A stretch of 64,000 nt of DNA, from the NCBI GenBank assembly GCA_002269645.1, contig NIVC01000990.1, positions 124,001 through 188,000 of the forward strand. Reading direction: 5' to 3'. The notes beneath the pieces were generated by a model that made no database searches, was not told where the DNA came from, and was given only the letters and a program-made list of their open reading frames with translations. The translations under genes were made by a program, and so were the position numbers. Of this stretch, positions 37,255 to 49,374 are shown in pieces. Source of the stretch: Macrostomum lignano. Its lineage: Eukaryota. Within the stretch, counting starts at the first letter, position 1. Every line of letters starts with the position of its first letter.

Positions 37255-40200
37255 TGTAGCCATATGACGCCTTCTATGTTTTAGCAGTGCCATCAATAGA
37301 TTGATGTTGTCTATGGAAACACAATCTTGTAATTGTTATGTTTTAAACTGCGATGACTAAAGAGACTAATATAAGCTCGTAAGAATTTGGTTGCACGCTC
37401 TAAGAGAGAGCTGAAATCTCAAATCCCCAAAGCAGCATTTGGTTTCCTAAATTACCCAATTGGATAAGAAGACCAACAATGGCGACGAGGCTACCAACCA
37501 TCGAACCACTGGAAGACGGCGAGGACCCGAATAGATGGATCCAGCGCTTCGAGATCAGTGCCAAACTTAACGGCTGGAAGGACGACAATAAACGAGACGC
37601 CTTCCTGGCTCTAATCGGCGAGAGGATGTTCAACTTTCTTGCAGATGCAACACTACCTGCTAAAGTGGAAACAAAATCATTTGATGATTTGGTGCTGCTA
37701 ATTAAAAAAGAAGTGAAAGGCGAGAAATCAGTAATCGCCTGCAGATAAGAGTTTCACAAGGCGAAGCAAGAAAGCAGCGAAGACATCCTGACCTACAGTC
37801 GCAGGCTAAAGCAGCTAGCAGAGGACTGCGAGTTCGCCGATAACTCGGACCGACTCCGTGACCAGTTTATATTCGGCCTAAAGAGCAATGAAATCCTAAG
37901 AAAACTACTCTCCGAGAAGTTAAAGGATCTCACCTGGGAGAATGTCACTGCTGTCGCCGCAGCGTGCGAGGCTGTCCAAAGAGGAGAGAAGGACATGAGC
38001 GGCTCAAATGTTCTGCACATGCGACAAAAAAGCAGCCGACCTCAGCACACGAGAAAGTCGTGGAAGCGCTACGCAAAGGCGCCGGCCAAACGAAACCAGG
38101 GTAAGGCAGTCACATGCTTCTGCTGCGGAAAACCTGGACACACCAAAACTGAGTGTCGACACAAAGCGCTCACATGCGACAGCTGTGGCAAAGCAGGTCA
38201 TCTGAAAGCGGTGTGTAAAGCCGCAAAGTCCCAAACAAGTGGACGCCGAGCAACATTAAGAGTTCGACTTCTGCAGCAACATCCTTTACTCGATGATGAA
38301 GCAGAGGATGGAGAACAGCACGGTCAGATTTTTTCGCTATCATCCCGGCAAAGGATCGCCCGTGAAGTCTGCATAAACGGAACTACAGTTGATATGGTGT
38401 TCGACACGGGAGCGGATGTCTCTCTCATATCGAAAACTACATTCGAGTGCCTGTCAGTCATCCCCGATGTATTGCCGACGAACAAGAGACTCAATGACTT
38501 CCAAGGTCATGCTGTTCCTATTCTAGGCGAGGCAATGGTCACTGTGAAATACGATGGCAACTCTAAGAAACTACCAGTATATATTATGGACAAGTCAGAT
38601 GCTCCCAACATCTATGGACTGCAGTGGATGCATGCCTTGGAACCTGGTCTGAATATCTATCGGGTGAAGCAATACTAAGCTCATCTAACTTTGAGGGAGG
38701 GAACAATACCCGTGTTCCTCAAGCCCAGACCTATCCCGTACGGTCTTCGAGACAGTGTGAAGGAAGAACTGGATAAGCTCGTGAATGATGGAGTCCTGCG
38801 GAAGGTGGATCAGAGTGACTGGGCTACACCTATCGTCGTTGTCAGAAAGCAGAATGGTAAGATCAGGCTGTGTGGTGATTATAAAGTGACGGTTAACAGG
38901 TCGTTGTGCGACATGATCTCCACTACACCGAGCATCGAGGACGTGTTGAGCCAACTTGGAGGAGCCAAGACCTTTTCTGTCCTGGATCTAACAAATGCTT
39001 ATCTGCAGCTTCCTGTGGACGAGGCATCGGCGAGTGTTCTAACACTGAGCACGCCATTTGGACTCTACGAGCCCCAGTTGCTGTCTTACGGGGTCAAACA
39101 GGCACCGGCCATATTCCAAAACTATATGGACAAGTTGCTAGCGTCGCAGAAGAATGCCGTTAGCTACCAGGACGACATCCTGATTTTTGGCCGAACAGAG
39201 CGCGAGCACGACGACCAGCTGGAGACTGTAAAAAGCATCCTGAAAGAGAACAATGTAGAGGTCAACTACCAGAAAAGTTTCATCAAGACTAAGCGAGTGA
39301 AATTCCTGGGTTTGGATATCACCGAAGAGGGAATATGCCCAGCCATTGACAAGATGGACGTCATTAGAGGACTAAAAGAACCAACGTCTCCAAAGGAACT
39401 CCGATCTTTCCTGGGACTTGCCGAGTTGTACTCCAGGTTCATCCAGAACCTCGCTACCATAAAGGAACCGTTGGCAAAGTTAATCCCACAGGACGAGAAG
39501 TGGCATTGGGACGTGCAAGAGCAATCTGCCTTCAACAAAATCAAGAATAATATCCTTAAATCGAAAGTAATAAAGCCGTTCGACCCTTGTGACCCGGTGA
39601 CCAGGCTTACCACCGACGCATCCCCATATGGAATCGGGGCTGTGCTTGAGCAATCTAATGGACCTGTACTCTTCATCTCAAAAACTCTGAGCAAGACTGA
39701 CAGAAACTACGCACAGATAGAGCGGGAGGCCTTGGCTATCATCTGGGCCGTTAAGCGCCTCCACAAATACCTGTACGGGCGCAAGTTCACACTGGTGACA
39801 GACCATCATCCGTTGAAATTCATATTCGATCCGTCAAAAAGCATCACCAGTTTGGCTTCAGCCCGGATTCAGCGATGGGCTATTGCTCTCATGCAGTACA
39901 ACTATGAAGTCGAGTGCCGCCGCTCGGAAGAGATCCCGGTCGCCGACGCTCTATCAAGGCTGAAGTCAACGCACACTGAATCAGAACAATTTGACGTGAG
40001 TTCTGTTCAAGACACCATTTTGGATTTCCCAATTGACAAAGAAAAGGTTCGACAGGAGTCTCTGAAAGATCCACTGATGCGGAAAGTTTTCGCACAGGTG
40101 AAGTATGGATGGACTAGAATTGGTAGAGCTATGGCACGGGAGTATTCCAGGATACAAGAGGAACTGTCTATCGAGAGCGGAATCCTGTTCAGAGGACTTC

Positions 40201-41370
40201 GAATTGTGGTACCAGATACGCTACGGAGCTACGTACTGAGGACTGCACAATGGACACTACTTGGGTGCTGATAAGATGAAATCTATCGCCCGACAGTGTG
40301 TGTGGTGGCCTTCAATCGATAAGGAAATCGAACTCCAGGCAAAGACGTGTAAAAACTGTCAGACGCAAAAGGATTATTCAGTAGGCGGGTGGACCTCCTG
40401 GCCTCAGGAGACAGAGAAGTGGAGCCGGGTTCACATAGACTTTGCCGGCCCCTTCAAGAATGGGAAGTTCTGTCTCATCATGATCGACGCCTACAGCAAG
40501 TGGGCCGAAGTCCACCTGATGAACTTGATGATGCACTTCGTGCAGCACAAGATTCGAACGACATGCAAGCCAGTATCGACAGGTTTTGCTGCAGTATCGA
40601 AACGCAAAGCACTCCACAACAGGTCAAGCGCCAGCTGAACTCATGAGAGGACATCTACTGCGCTGCCCGATCATTCAACTAGCGAGACAACCTGTGTGGG
40701 CCAGAGTCTACAACGATCACAGCAAGAAATGGGCCCCTGGCGTGATTATCGGATCTGAAGGAAAAGTCATTGTCAACGTCGAAGGAGAAGATGGAAAAGT
40801 GTTAAGAAAGCACATTGGACAGACGAAACCCAGGATCCCAGAAACCGGCGAGACACATCATCAAGTAGCGCAGCCGGCTACTGAACTGCAAGATGCCAAG
40901 GAGACCAGTGAGACTGAGGCGATGGCAGCATCGCGGCCAGTCACCAATAACCAGTATACCAAACGCCATAGACAACCGCCTGACAGACTGAGATACGATC
41001 AACTGGGACAACCTATGTGATGTAAAAGTGTTATTACTTAATAAGTGGTTATTGTGACAAAATTGCTGTCTGAAAACAACATTCCTTTTTATTAATCATT
41101 ATCCTGCCGCTGGACAGTAAAACTAAAAAAAGGAGGAGTGTAGCCATATGACGCCTTATATGTTTTAGCAGTGCTATCAATAGATTGATGTTGTCTATGG
41201 AAACACAATCCTGTAATTGTTATGTTTTAAACTGCGATGACTAAAGAGAGCCGCAGATAATATACGCTCGTAAGAATTTGGTTGCACGCTCTAAGAGAGA
41301 GCTGAAATCTCAAATCCCCAAAGCAGCATTTTGGTTTCCTAAGTTACCCAATTGGATAAGAAGACCAACA
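37255..41370 (+). mobile_element. Defective Mag-type Ty3/Gypsy LTR retrotransposon
   Basis: LTRs 37255-37478 and 41139-41370; 5-bp TSD ATTAG; PBS TGGCGACGAGG (tRNA-Ser(GCU)-like) overlapping the gag ATG; PPT at 41125-41138. Two CCHC knuckles, DTGA protease, YQDD RT, RNase H and HHCC integrase. In-frame stops at 37746 and 38676, a frameshift near 40255, and a deleted integrase core. Confidence 0.93.
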
Positions 41371-41406
41371 ATTAGAAATTCTAATTCTTTAAATCACCTA
41401 TTCGTG

Positions 41407-42917
41407 CTATTTCTTCAGGTGACGGCCATTGATCGCTGTAAATCTCCCTTCGAGTCCGTACAGGTTGTTGCTTAGGACACGTTCGACTGTGTAAACCTTG
41501 ACGCACCATGGTGTCTTCACTTTGCTGCCTTTCCGATCGTCACGGACAAAGTTCCGCAGCAGCACTTTGTCTCCGGTTTTGATGCTGAGGCTGCTGGCAG
41601 ACGCCAGACGCTGCTGATGGTACTGCTGCATAGCTTGCTGCGCCCGATGGATGCGTCGACGCATCAACTCAATGGTCCGCCCACGCGCTTCTGCCTTTCT
41701 CTCTACATGACGAATCTTGACGTCACCGACCATGGCAACGTGTGCTGGTCCGATGCTGTCATGGGAAAGTCGTGGTTCGTTGCCGAACACGGCCTTGTAA
41801 GGCGAGACGCCAGTTGTCGAGTGCACGCGACTGTTGTACGCCAGAACTGCGCCATCGACATAATAATTATCATCCCATACCGCTGAGTCAGAGTTCTCGT
41901 CGCACATTTTGCACAGGACTGCGACCAAGCTCTGGTTGAGGCGCTCGCACTGACCGTTGGTCTGAAAGAGCATTGTCAGTTATTTAATATCGAATACGAG
42001 TTTATTCGAACTGGACTTATATTATAACTGAGAGCATGTAAGGGAAAAATATTCACTTCACTAACCTGGGGGTGATAAGCAGAGGTTCGTCTCTTATCAA
42101 TCCTCTCAGACAGGGCAGCTCATCAGATTGTTGTTGAACTCTCGTCCCTGGTCGGTCAACAAGATGTCGGGCCAGGAGAAGACGCAGACGGCCTTGTACA
42201 GCTGTTCTGTGGCTGTCTGTGCGTCGTTCCTGCTGTGTGCTGACGCCAGGGCAAATTTGGTAAATTTGCAGCAAATTGTCAGCAGGTATTTATTCCCTGC
42301 GGAGCATTGTGTCGTTTAGATTACATTAAATGAATGAGAGTATGCTACTTTGATTTGATTCACGTAGCCACAAAAACTATTAATCGATTAATCAATCACC
42401 TTTCGAAGATGGCTGGCTCGAACCTGACGTAGTCAACGCAGACGAAACCGAATACTCGTTCGGCAATCAACTGAATCAAAATTGGCGTCAACTGGGGTTC
42501 GTTCGCCACGGCCCTCTTGTTGTGGCGCTGGCAGACGGCGCACTTCTGAACGTAATCTTGCACAGATTTTGTCATGCCGTCCCAATGAAGTCGTCCCTGC
42601 AGCTTTGATAGGGTGGGTTTTATCCCCTGATGAGCTCCTCCAGTCGCAGAGGTGTGATATTCTTGGATCAATCGACTTCGTTCTTCTTGATCTTCTACCT
42701 TCAGGCGACGCTCCCTTGACAGATGGAGCTTCTTCTGACTGTCATTCCGAGCTGAAAGCTAATAGAACAGCTGCTGGCCCTCGTACCTAAAGTTGCGCGC
42801 CTTTTGCCGAACCTTGCTTTTGAAGTTGTTCTTCTCCTTGGTTGTTGTCAAAGACGCAGGGACGTCGTATGCGCTACTAAGCAAGTAAAGTTTTATGTCG
42901 GAATACGCGACAGACAT
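41407..42917 (-). pseudogene. Stand-alone Gypsy-like integrase with two spliceosomal introns (Ginger1/GIN-like), disrupted
   Basis: Own ATG at 42917 (MSVAYSDIKLYLL); H..GGAHQG...C..C zinc finger; GNKYLLT, LTDQGREF, SAYHPQ|TNGQCER; C-terminal GDKVLLRN. GT-AG introns at 42297-42399 and 41962-42065; premature TAG at 42759-42761 and small frameshifts. Confidence 0.8.
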
Positions 42918-44128
42918 GTTTATGTATTAGTAGCTCAAAATAAGAAAGCCAGGTGCACGAAGTCCAGCGTAGTTCATTTACTTCGGCAGTATTCATGTCG
43001 ATGATATCAAATAACGGCTCAAACTGGGATTATTGACAGGTTTTTAATCTCGTAAACTCCAGAAAGAAATCAGCCTAGGAGTTCGCCTCGCATGACTTAT
43101 GTCGTGCCGTATTCAATCTGGGTCCAGATAAAATACGCATCCAAAGTTATTCAGCCGAATACTTTTCCGCCTAGGATAATGGTTGGCATAACACCGAACT
43201 CGGCTAATTACTGTCCACTAAAGTTCACTCATTGTGTCAGACAGCTTGCACATTCGGAGTTCAACTTACTGATAATTGATTAATTAGTTTTCAAACGTTT
43301 CAAATTGAGAATATTTGTTGCAATATTATACCTTCAAAATGGGGAAAAATTATGAAGCTTTATTGCTACACAAACTGAAAAACAGGTAAACTATTCAAGA
43401 CGCATACGCAGCATTCATATTTACTCTCGTATGTAGGTAAGTCGGTAGGAAAAAATTAAATGAACCAATAAAGCGCGAAACGTCTCTTCTGCAAATATAA
43501 GTTTTCATTTACTATTAACCAAGCAATAGTCTGGGCAAGTAGGCATGAAAAGGTAACAACAAAATTCAAATAGTTCTAGTTGAGTTCTAGTTGAGTAATG
43601 AACTTTATAGTTCTAGACTATTTCTCAGAAGGAATATCGTTGAGTTACGCGCAATGCCTGAAAATGTCGGATTTTTGCTGCGACGCGATTGTCAATGCTC
43701 GGAAACCCTGGCCTTCCCAACGATAAATATTAACCCAAGAATTTAAATCTTTTTATCAACCAGAAACTTAACAATGGAGGGCTGAATAATGCGCAAACGT
43801 AAACATACAGCGCTAATAACAAATACACGAAAATCTCACTTGTACAGTCATTCAATATACAGGTCTTAGGCGCGTATATGCGCATCAATAAAGATAATGA
43901 ACATGAAGGCTGCCGGACATCTAGTATGACATACTCGAACAGGAAAGAAATCACACATACTCGTACATCATGGAGTAGCACTGAGTACTGATTTTGTAAA
44001 AACTAGTTTGAGATGAAACTGCAGTGGGGTTTCTTGGGTCAGCCATTTTGATTTCTTAAAAAGAAGCTCAGGCTACTACTTTTTAGTCACATCTTAATTC
44101 CTTTCTGCTTCCGATTCCTTTTCAAACC

Positions 44129-45817
44129 TTATTTATTCTTTGAACCCTTTTTCTTCTTACGATTCTCTTTCTTCTTAGGATCCTCTTTCTGCTTTGGATC
44201 CTCCTTTTTCTTTTGATCTTTTTGCTTCTTAAGATTATTTTTCTTTTTAGGATCCTCCTTCTGCTTTGGATCCTCTTTCTGCTTTGAATCCTCCTTTTTC
44301 TTTTGATCTTTTTGCTTCTTAAGATTCTTTTTCTTCTTAGGATCCTCTTTCTGCTTCGGATCCACCTTCTGCTTTCGATCCTGTTTCTTTTTTGTAACCT
44401 CTTTTTTCTTTGAATCCTGTTTCTTTTTTGTAACCTCTTTCTTCTTTGAATCATTTTTCTTCTTAGGATCCTTTTTCTGCTTCTTCCGCACGTGCTCTGG
44501 TGTTAGTATCTTTTTAGTTATGGGAAGCCGTTTGTCCGGAACAATGTAGACTCGAGTTCTTCTCAGCGACATCACGGATATTCCGAGGATGGAGGCGCGA
44601 GGGGCGCCGAACCACACCTCCGGAATGGCGCCGATTCTCTCAGCTATGCCGATGAATTCTTCCGCTGAAGCGTAGCGAAGACGCACAGCCGATGGCGGCT
44701 TCGGCTGGGACAGCAGCGTCGAAACATTCATCACAGGTAGACTGCGAGCAAACTTTTCTAGCTTAATATCAGCTGAGCGACCAATTACCTTGTCAATAGA
44801 GCTGTCGAGCAGAGTGACATTGAAACTGTTTTGAGCCATCCGACTCAGATAGTTGTGATAGAACGTCGAGCTGTACCCGTTTTTGCCTGACGAAACTCGC
44901 CCTCCGTTCCGCCCGATGTTGAACGTCCGGGACAGCTCGGGACGCACGCAGACCAGCCGATTATTCAGCATGTAGAGCCTCAGGAAGTCGTCGTACTGCG
45001 TCTTCGGCCAAACTTTCCTGACCTGCAGCCAGTGGCGCCGGTTGATCATCCAGCCGAGTCCCGGGAAGAAGTCAGTCCGGTGCAGCAGCTGTGGGTCCTC
45101 GGTCACGAGACCAATTTGACCGTTGTCGTTCCATGCGGACACGCAGAAGATGCTCTCGTCCGAATCCAGCGCCCTTCGCAGCGAGCTGAAGTACTGGTAG
45201 AAATCCGGAGCAATCAGCAGGTCGTCCTCCATGAGCACAACGTAGGAGTAGTTCAGCTTCAGAATGAGATGGTCCAGCACGCGCAGGTAATGCCGCGCAA
45301 TCTTTACGTAGGTGTCGCTTGAAGGCTTGAATTTGTGACTCTTGTCGTCGCTTAACCGCAACAGTTTAACCTCCGGCGTCTCGATCTGCTGCAGGACCTC
45401 GTTTGTTTGCTTTTCTGTGCCATCGAGCGATATCATGATGCGGAATCCGCTATCGGGCTTTTGAGCTACCAACTGTCTCACCAGCTGATGCACTTCTGGC
45501 CTCGTAGCGGCTAGCACGACCAGAGCGATCTCCTTGTTCTGCTGGGCATCCGGCGCTCGAACCGACGAGTTCGTAGAGCTCATTTGATGAAGACGAACTG
45601 CGGAGTTGCTCAAAGTCACATTAAAACTCCACGCACTACGAAAGCCAGTCGAATCAGTTGATATTTCTGGCTTCTGTTTTTGTGCCGCTTTTTTAATATG
45701 ATTATCCAGCATCACAAAAGGATGCAGCAAGCCCAGGGCCAGTAAGAAAGCCAGGATAAAAACTCTTTGCCTGCGCGTCGCGCACAGCCGGCCACCGCGC
45801 CGCAGGCAGTCGAGCAT
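44129..45817 (-). CDS. GnT-I/MGAT1-like glycosyltransferase (GT13), copy B
   Basis: Near-identical to copy A; the tail is 12 aa longer. Confidence 0.9.
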   Translation of the reverse strand: MLDCLRRGGRLCATRRQRVFILAFLLALGLLHPFVMLDNHIKKAAQKQKPEISTDSTGFRSAWSFNVTLSNSAVRLHQMSSTNSSVRAPDAQQNKEIALVVLAATRPEVHQLVRQLVAQKPDSGFRIMISLDGTEKQTNEVLQQIETPEVKLLRLSDDKSHKFKPSSDTYVKIARHYLRVLDHLILKLNYSYVVLMEDDLLIAPDFYQYFSSLRRALDSDESIFCVSAWNDNGQIGLVTEDPQLLHRTDFFPGLGWMINRRHWLQVRKVWPKTQYDDFLRLYMLNNRLVCVRPELSRTFNIGRNGGRVSSGKNGYSSTFYHNYLSRMAQNSFNVTLLDSSIDKVIGRSADIKLEKFARSLPVMNVSTLLSQPKPPSAVRLRYASAEEFIGIAERIGAIPEVWFGAPRASILGISVMSLRRTRVYIVPDKRLPITKKILTPEHVRKKQKKDPKKKNDSKKKEVTKKKQDSKKKEVTKKKQDRKQKVDPKQKEDPKKKKNLKKQKDQKKKEDSKQKEDPKQKEDPKKKNNLKKQKDQKKKEDPKQKEDPKKKENRKKKKGSKNK

Positions 45818-47322
45818 TGGATGCTGTTTTTCGACGAAATCAAGTTAGGAAAAGACTCACTGAGTAGCGAATCTTTTACTCGTCGCTGAGTAGCTAAAAC
45901 TGCATAAGCAGGTCAGCGTGTAAGGAAGTCTGCTTATCGCCCCATGCCTTAGAATATAAAACTTTACGCACAGACACTAATGATAAACACTTATCTTCTC
46001 TGCCTTTACTGCCAAGCTCGCAAATTACGCTACGACTTTACGGCCGGGATATAGATAAATGTAGATATTCTAGTAAGTTTTCTCAGCGCAGAAGCTTTGA
46101 ATTCTGGCTATACTCCGCCCTTTTTGGTATTGGACAGTTCATTTCGCTGTCACACGCACATGGATACTCCCACGGGCAAGGGTGTACGCACGAACAACAT
46201 ACGACTAGGCAATGTATGTACAAACTCTGTGCTTTTAAGTTGGCTCTTATGAGAGTCAATCGCACAAGCCTCCCATTTAGCATTGGTTTGTTCATGAGCC
46301 ACCGGTTAAAACAGAAACTGAAGGAATAAATAGGTACATTTTGCGCTTTAAAAAGAATCTGAAAGTGTTAGACAGTAGAGTGGTTTCGCTGAGACAACGG
46401 GCTGTACATGAGTCAAGTTCAGCAGATGCTTGTACTATAGGCGATAGAACGGTTTAGGGCAATCAATTACTCAGAGCTCTTGCCTTTTCCCATGAGTCGT
46501 AACTGCTGTATAGTAATTGCTTCTCACTGCCTCTCGTGGTCAAAGGTTCCGGTCAGGATTGGCGGCAGTTGGTTGTATCCATCCAACTCCTTTTATGGAG
46601 AGCGCGCCAGGGATTGAAATCAGGGGATAGGGACTCGACCGCAAGAGAGTAAGCAAGCTCATCGCCCTGGAATCCTGCGTGCCTGGGATTCTGCTCGGCG
46701 GTAATTCTTACGCACCGGACTGTTGAGCTGCCGAACTCGGCTGATTACTGTCCGGGAGTTTGGGGCAGAGCGACCGGCCTGACTGCCCGAGGGGATGGCA
46801 ATTAACTTTCCACTAGCGTTCTTGCAGCACAGTCCGCTGTGTGCTCGGACGCGAGTTGCAATCCATTGAGCAGGATGCAGACCCCACAGCCGCCAATACC
46901 GTCTTTTAGGGAGCTATCCGTGAAGCAGCTGACCTGGAAGTCTCAGTGGTTGGCGTTCTCCCTGTAGTGGAGGGTGGTCTTTAAGCGCAGACTGAGATTA
47001 AACATACTACACCTTTTTCCATTCAATTTCAACAAAACTCGCATTCTATTTCGACAAGCTGACATTCAATTTCAACATTTTATATGTATCCCCCAGTTGC
47101 ACTGGTGCAGTAGTCTATGTTCTAATGGTTTATTTCGTTTATCTGCACCGGTGCAGATAAATGATTTATTTGCACCGGCACAGAGTGCAAATAAACGAGA
47201 ACTTTATATTTTAAAATGAAATCGATTCAACATGAAATTGTAACCATTTAACAATTGCACTTGTGCAATAGTCTAAGTTCCAGTGATATACGCAGACGCA
47301 GACATGACGCAGATAACAGTGA

Positions 47323-47699
47323 TTAGTCCTTGTTTACGAATGTGATGGTCACCTTATTAGTGTCACCACAAGCCTCAATCCGCATTAGTTTGTGCGGTGT
47401 TCCTTGAACCACAGTAGTTTCACAGAAGTCCGTCCCGGTTGTAGCAGTACTGCCATCGGGTGTAGTCACAGTTGACATGGTCCTTGTACTGATCTCACGA
47501 GTTTGACTGTCGACTTGACCGCATAGAATTGCGCTTACGGTTTTCTGTCGGAACACCAGAGTACTTTCTTCGCCGCATGCCACTCTTGGAAAGAAGCAAA
47601 CATCCAGCGACATTTCTTTAGCGTGTTTGTTGGAACCGTTCCTTCGATGAGTGAACTGACTTCTTCGTCAGTCAGATTGAAAAATCTTTCGGTAGCCAT
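47323..47699 (-). pseudogene. Possible internally deleted Crypton/DUF3504-type recombinase (N- and C-terminal segments only)
   Basis: ATG at 47699 gives MATERFFNLTDEEVSSLIEGTVPTNTLKKCRWMFASFQEW, similar to the remembered CryptonA/DUF3504 N-terminus. A shifted frame continues QKTVSAIL...KVTITF. Hairpin at 47905-47937. Confidence 0.5.
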
Positions 47700-49374
47700 T
47701 TTAACTAGCTAGCTAAGCCAAGCACTCGCGTTGTCTCTCTTCTTTTTACGAGCGCGTCTTTCAGTTAGCGGTACAGTACCTTAATGCTAGTGTCTATGGC
47801 CATTTTTGCTTTTAGCTTTGTACTTTATGCTATTCAACTGAGGGATACATATAATATTCCCCATTAATACCAAGTGTCTAGGGCAAAAATGCATTCGTGC
47901 CTCGCTTATTGACCTCGGCTTCGCCTCGGTCAATAAACAAGTCACTCAAGCCCCCCACACCCCCCGCTCCCCCACCCATTTATTGCCCTAGCACTGGTAT
48001 AAATGGGGAATATATACCATTTAGCTACTTCAACCATCAGTCGTATTCGTCAAGCAGCATTCAATTTCGGCAATTGGATATTCTATTTCATACCATAGTG
48101 AGGGCGTTCATTCTGTCTATGGACAAAATTTGCTTCTGCATGCAGATTTCCCATTCAATTTCTTGAAGTATGTAAGAGTTCTACTGAAAAGAGTTCCAGC
48201 AAAAGCGAGAGTGCCCGCTCGGGGCTGAGGCAGTGTCGGGGCGAGGTTACTATGGGGCGACCTAGATTATTTGATATCGGTCATTTTTAGCTAAGACTGA
48301 GTTAGAGCGATTAGCGATTAGGGGACAGTTCATTTGTCGAGCTGTCCATGCTAATGAATCCTAATCATTGTACTTCATGGGGTATTAGTCAACTGAAGTA
48401 TTTTGTTAATCTATACCCCTTCATAGGGTATTATCAATACTTTAATCAAGTTCACTCATTGTGTCAGACAGCTTGCACATTCGGTGTTCAACTTACTGAT
48501 AATTGACTAATGAGTTATCAAACGTTTCAAATTGAGAATATTTGTGGGAATATTATACTTTCAAAATGGGGAACAATTATGAAGCTTGATTGCTACACAA
48601 ACTGAAACACAGGTAAACCATGCAAGACGCATGCGCAGCATTCATATATACTCTCGTATGTAGGTAAGTCGGTAGGAAAAAAATTAAATGACCCAATCAA
48701 GCACGAAAATTCTTTTCTGCAATTATATAATTGCATTTATTTATACTAATAACCAGGCAACAGGCTAGACAAGTAGGCTTGTAAAAATGACCAAAATCAA
48801 GTAGAAACACGCAGCCTCGCGTGGGCGCAGTGCAATCGACTGCGCAGACAAAATTGAACTTCATACGTGCGTAGTTCTAGATCTATTTCTCAGAAGTTTA
48901 CTTCATTAAGCTACCTGCAAATGTCAGAAACTTTTTCTACTATCTGATTAAAAACGCTCGGGAATTCCCGGCCTTCCCAACGAAAAAATATTGACGAAAA
49001 ATAGCTAAGAAACTCAACAAAAGAAAGCTCAATAATGCGCAAACGAAAACAAAAAACGGTTGAAAATAAACACTCAAAGAGGTTACTTGTAAAGTGATCC
49101 AGTAAACAGGTCTAGTCAAAGTATATGCGCATCCACAGAGACAATGAAGTTAAAAGCTGTCGGACATCGAGTATGACATACTCGAACAAGGAACATATCA
49201 CACATAATGGAGTTACACTGAGTACTGATTTTTGTAAAAACTAGTTTGAGATAAAACAGACAGTGAAGTTTCTTGCGTCAGTCATTTTGACTTCAAAGAA
49301 AGAGGCTCAGGCTATCAGTTCTTTAGTCGTATCTCAATTCTGTTCTGGTTCTGATTCTTTTTCAGATCTTATTT

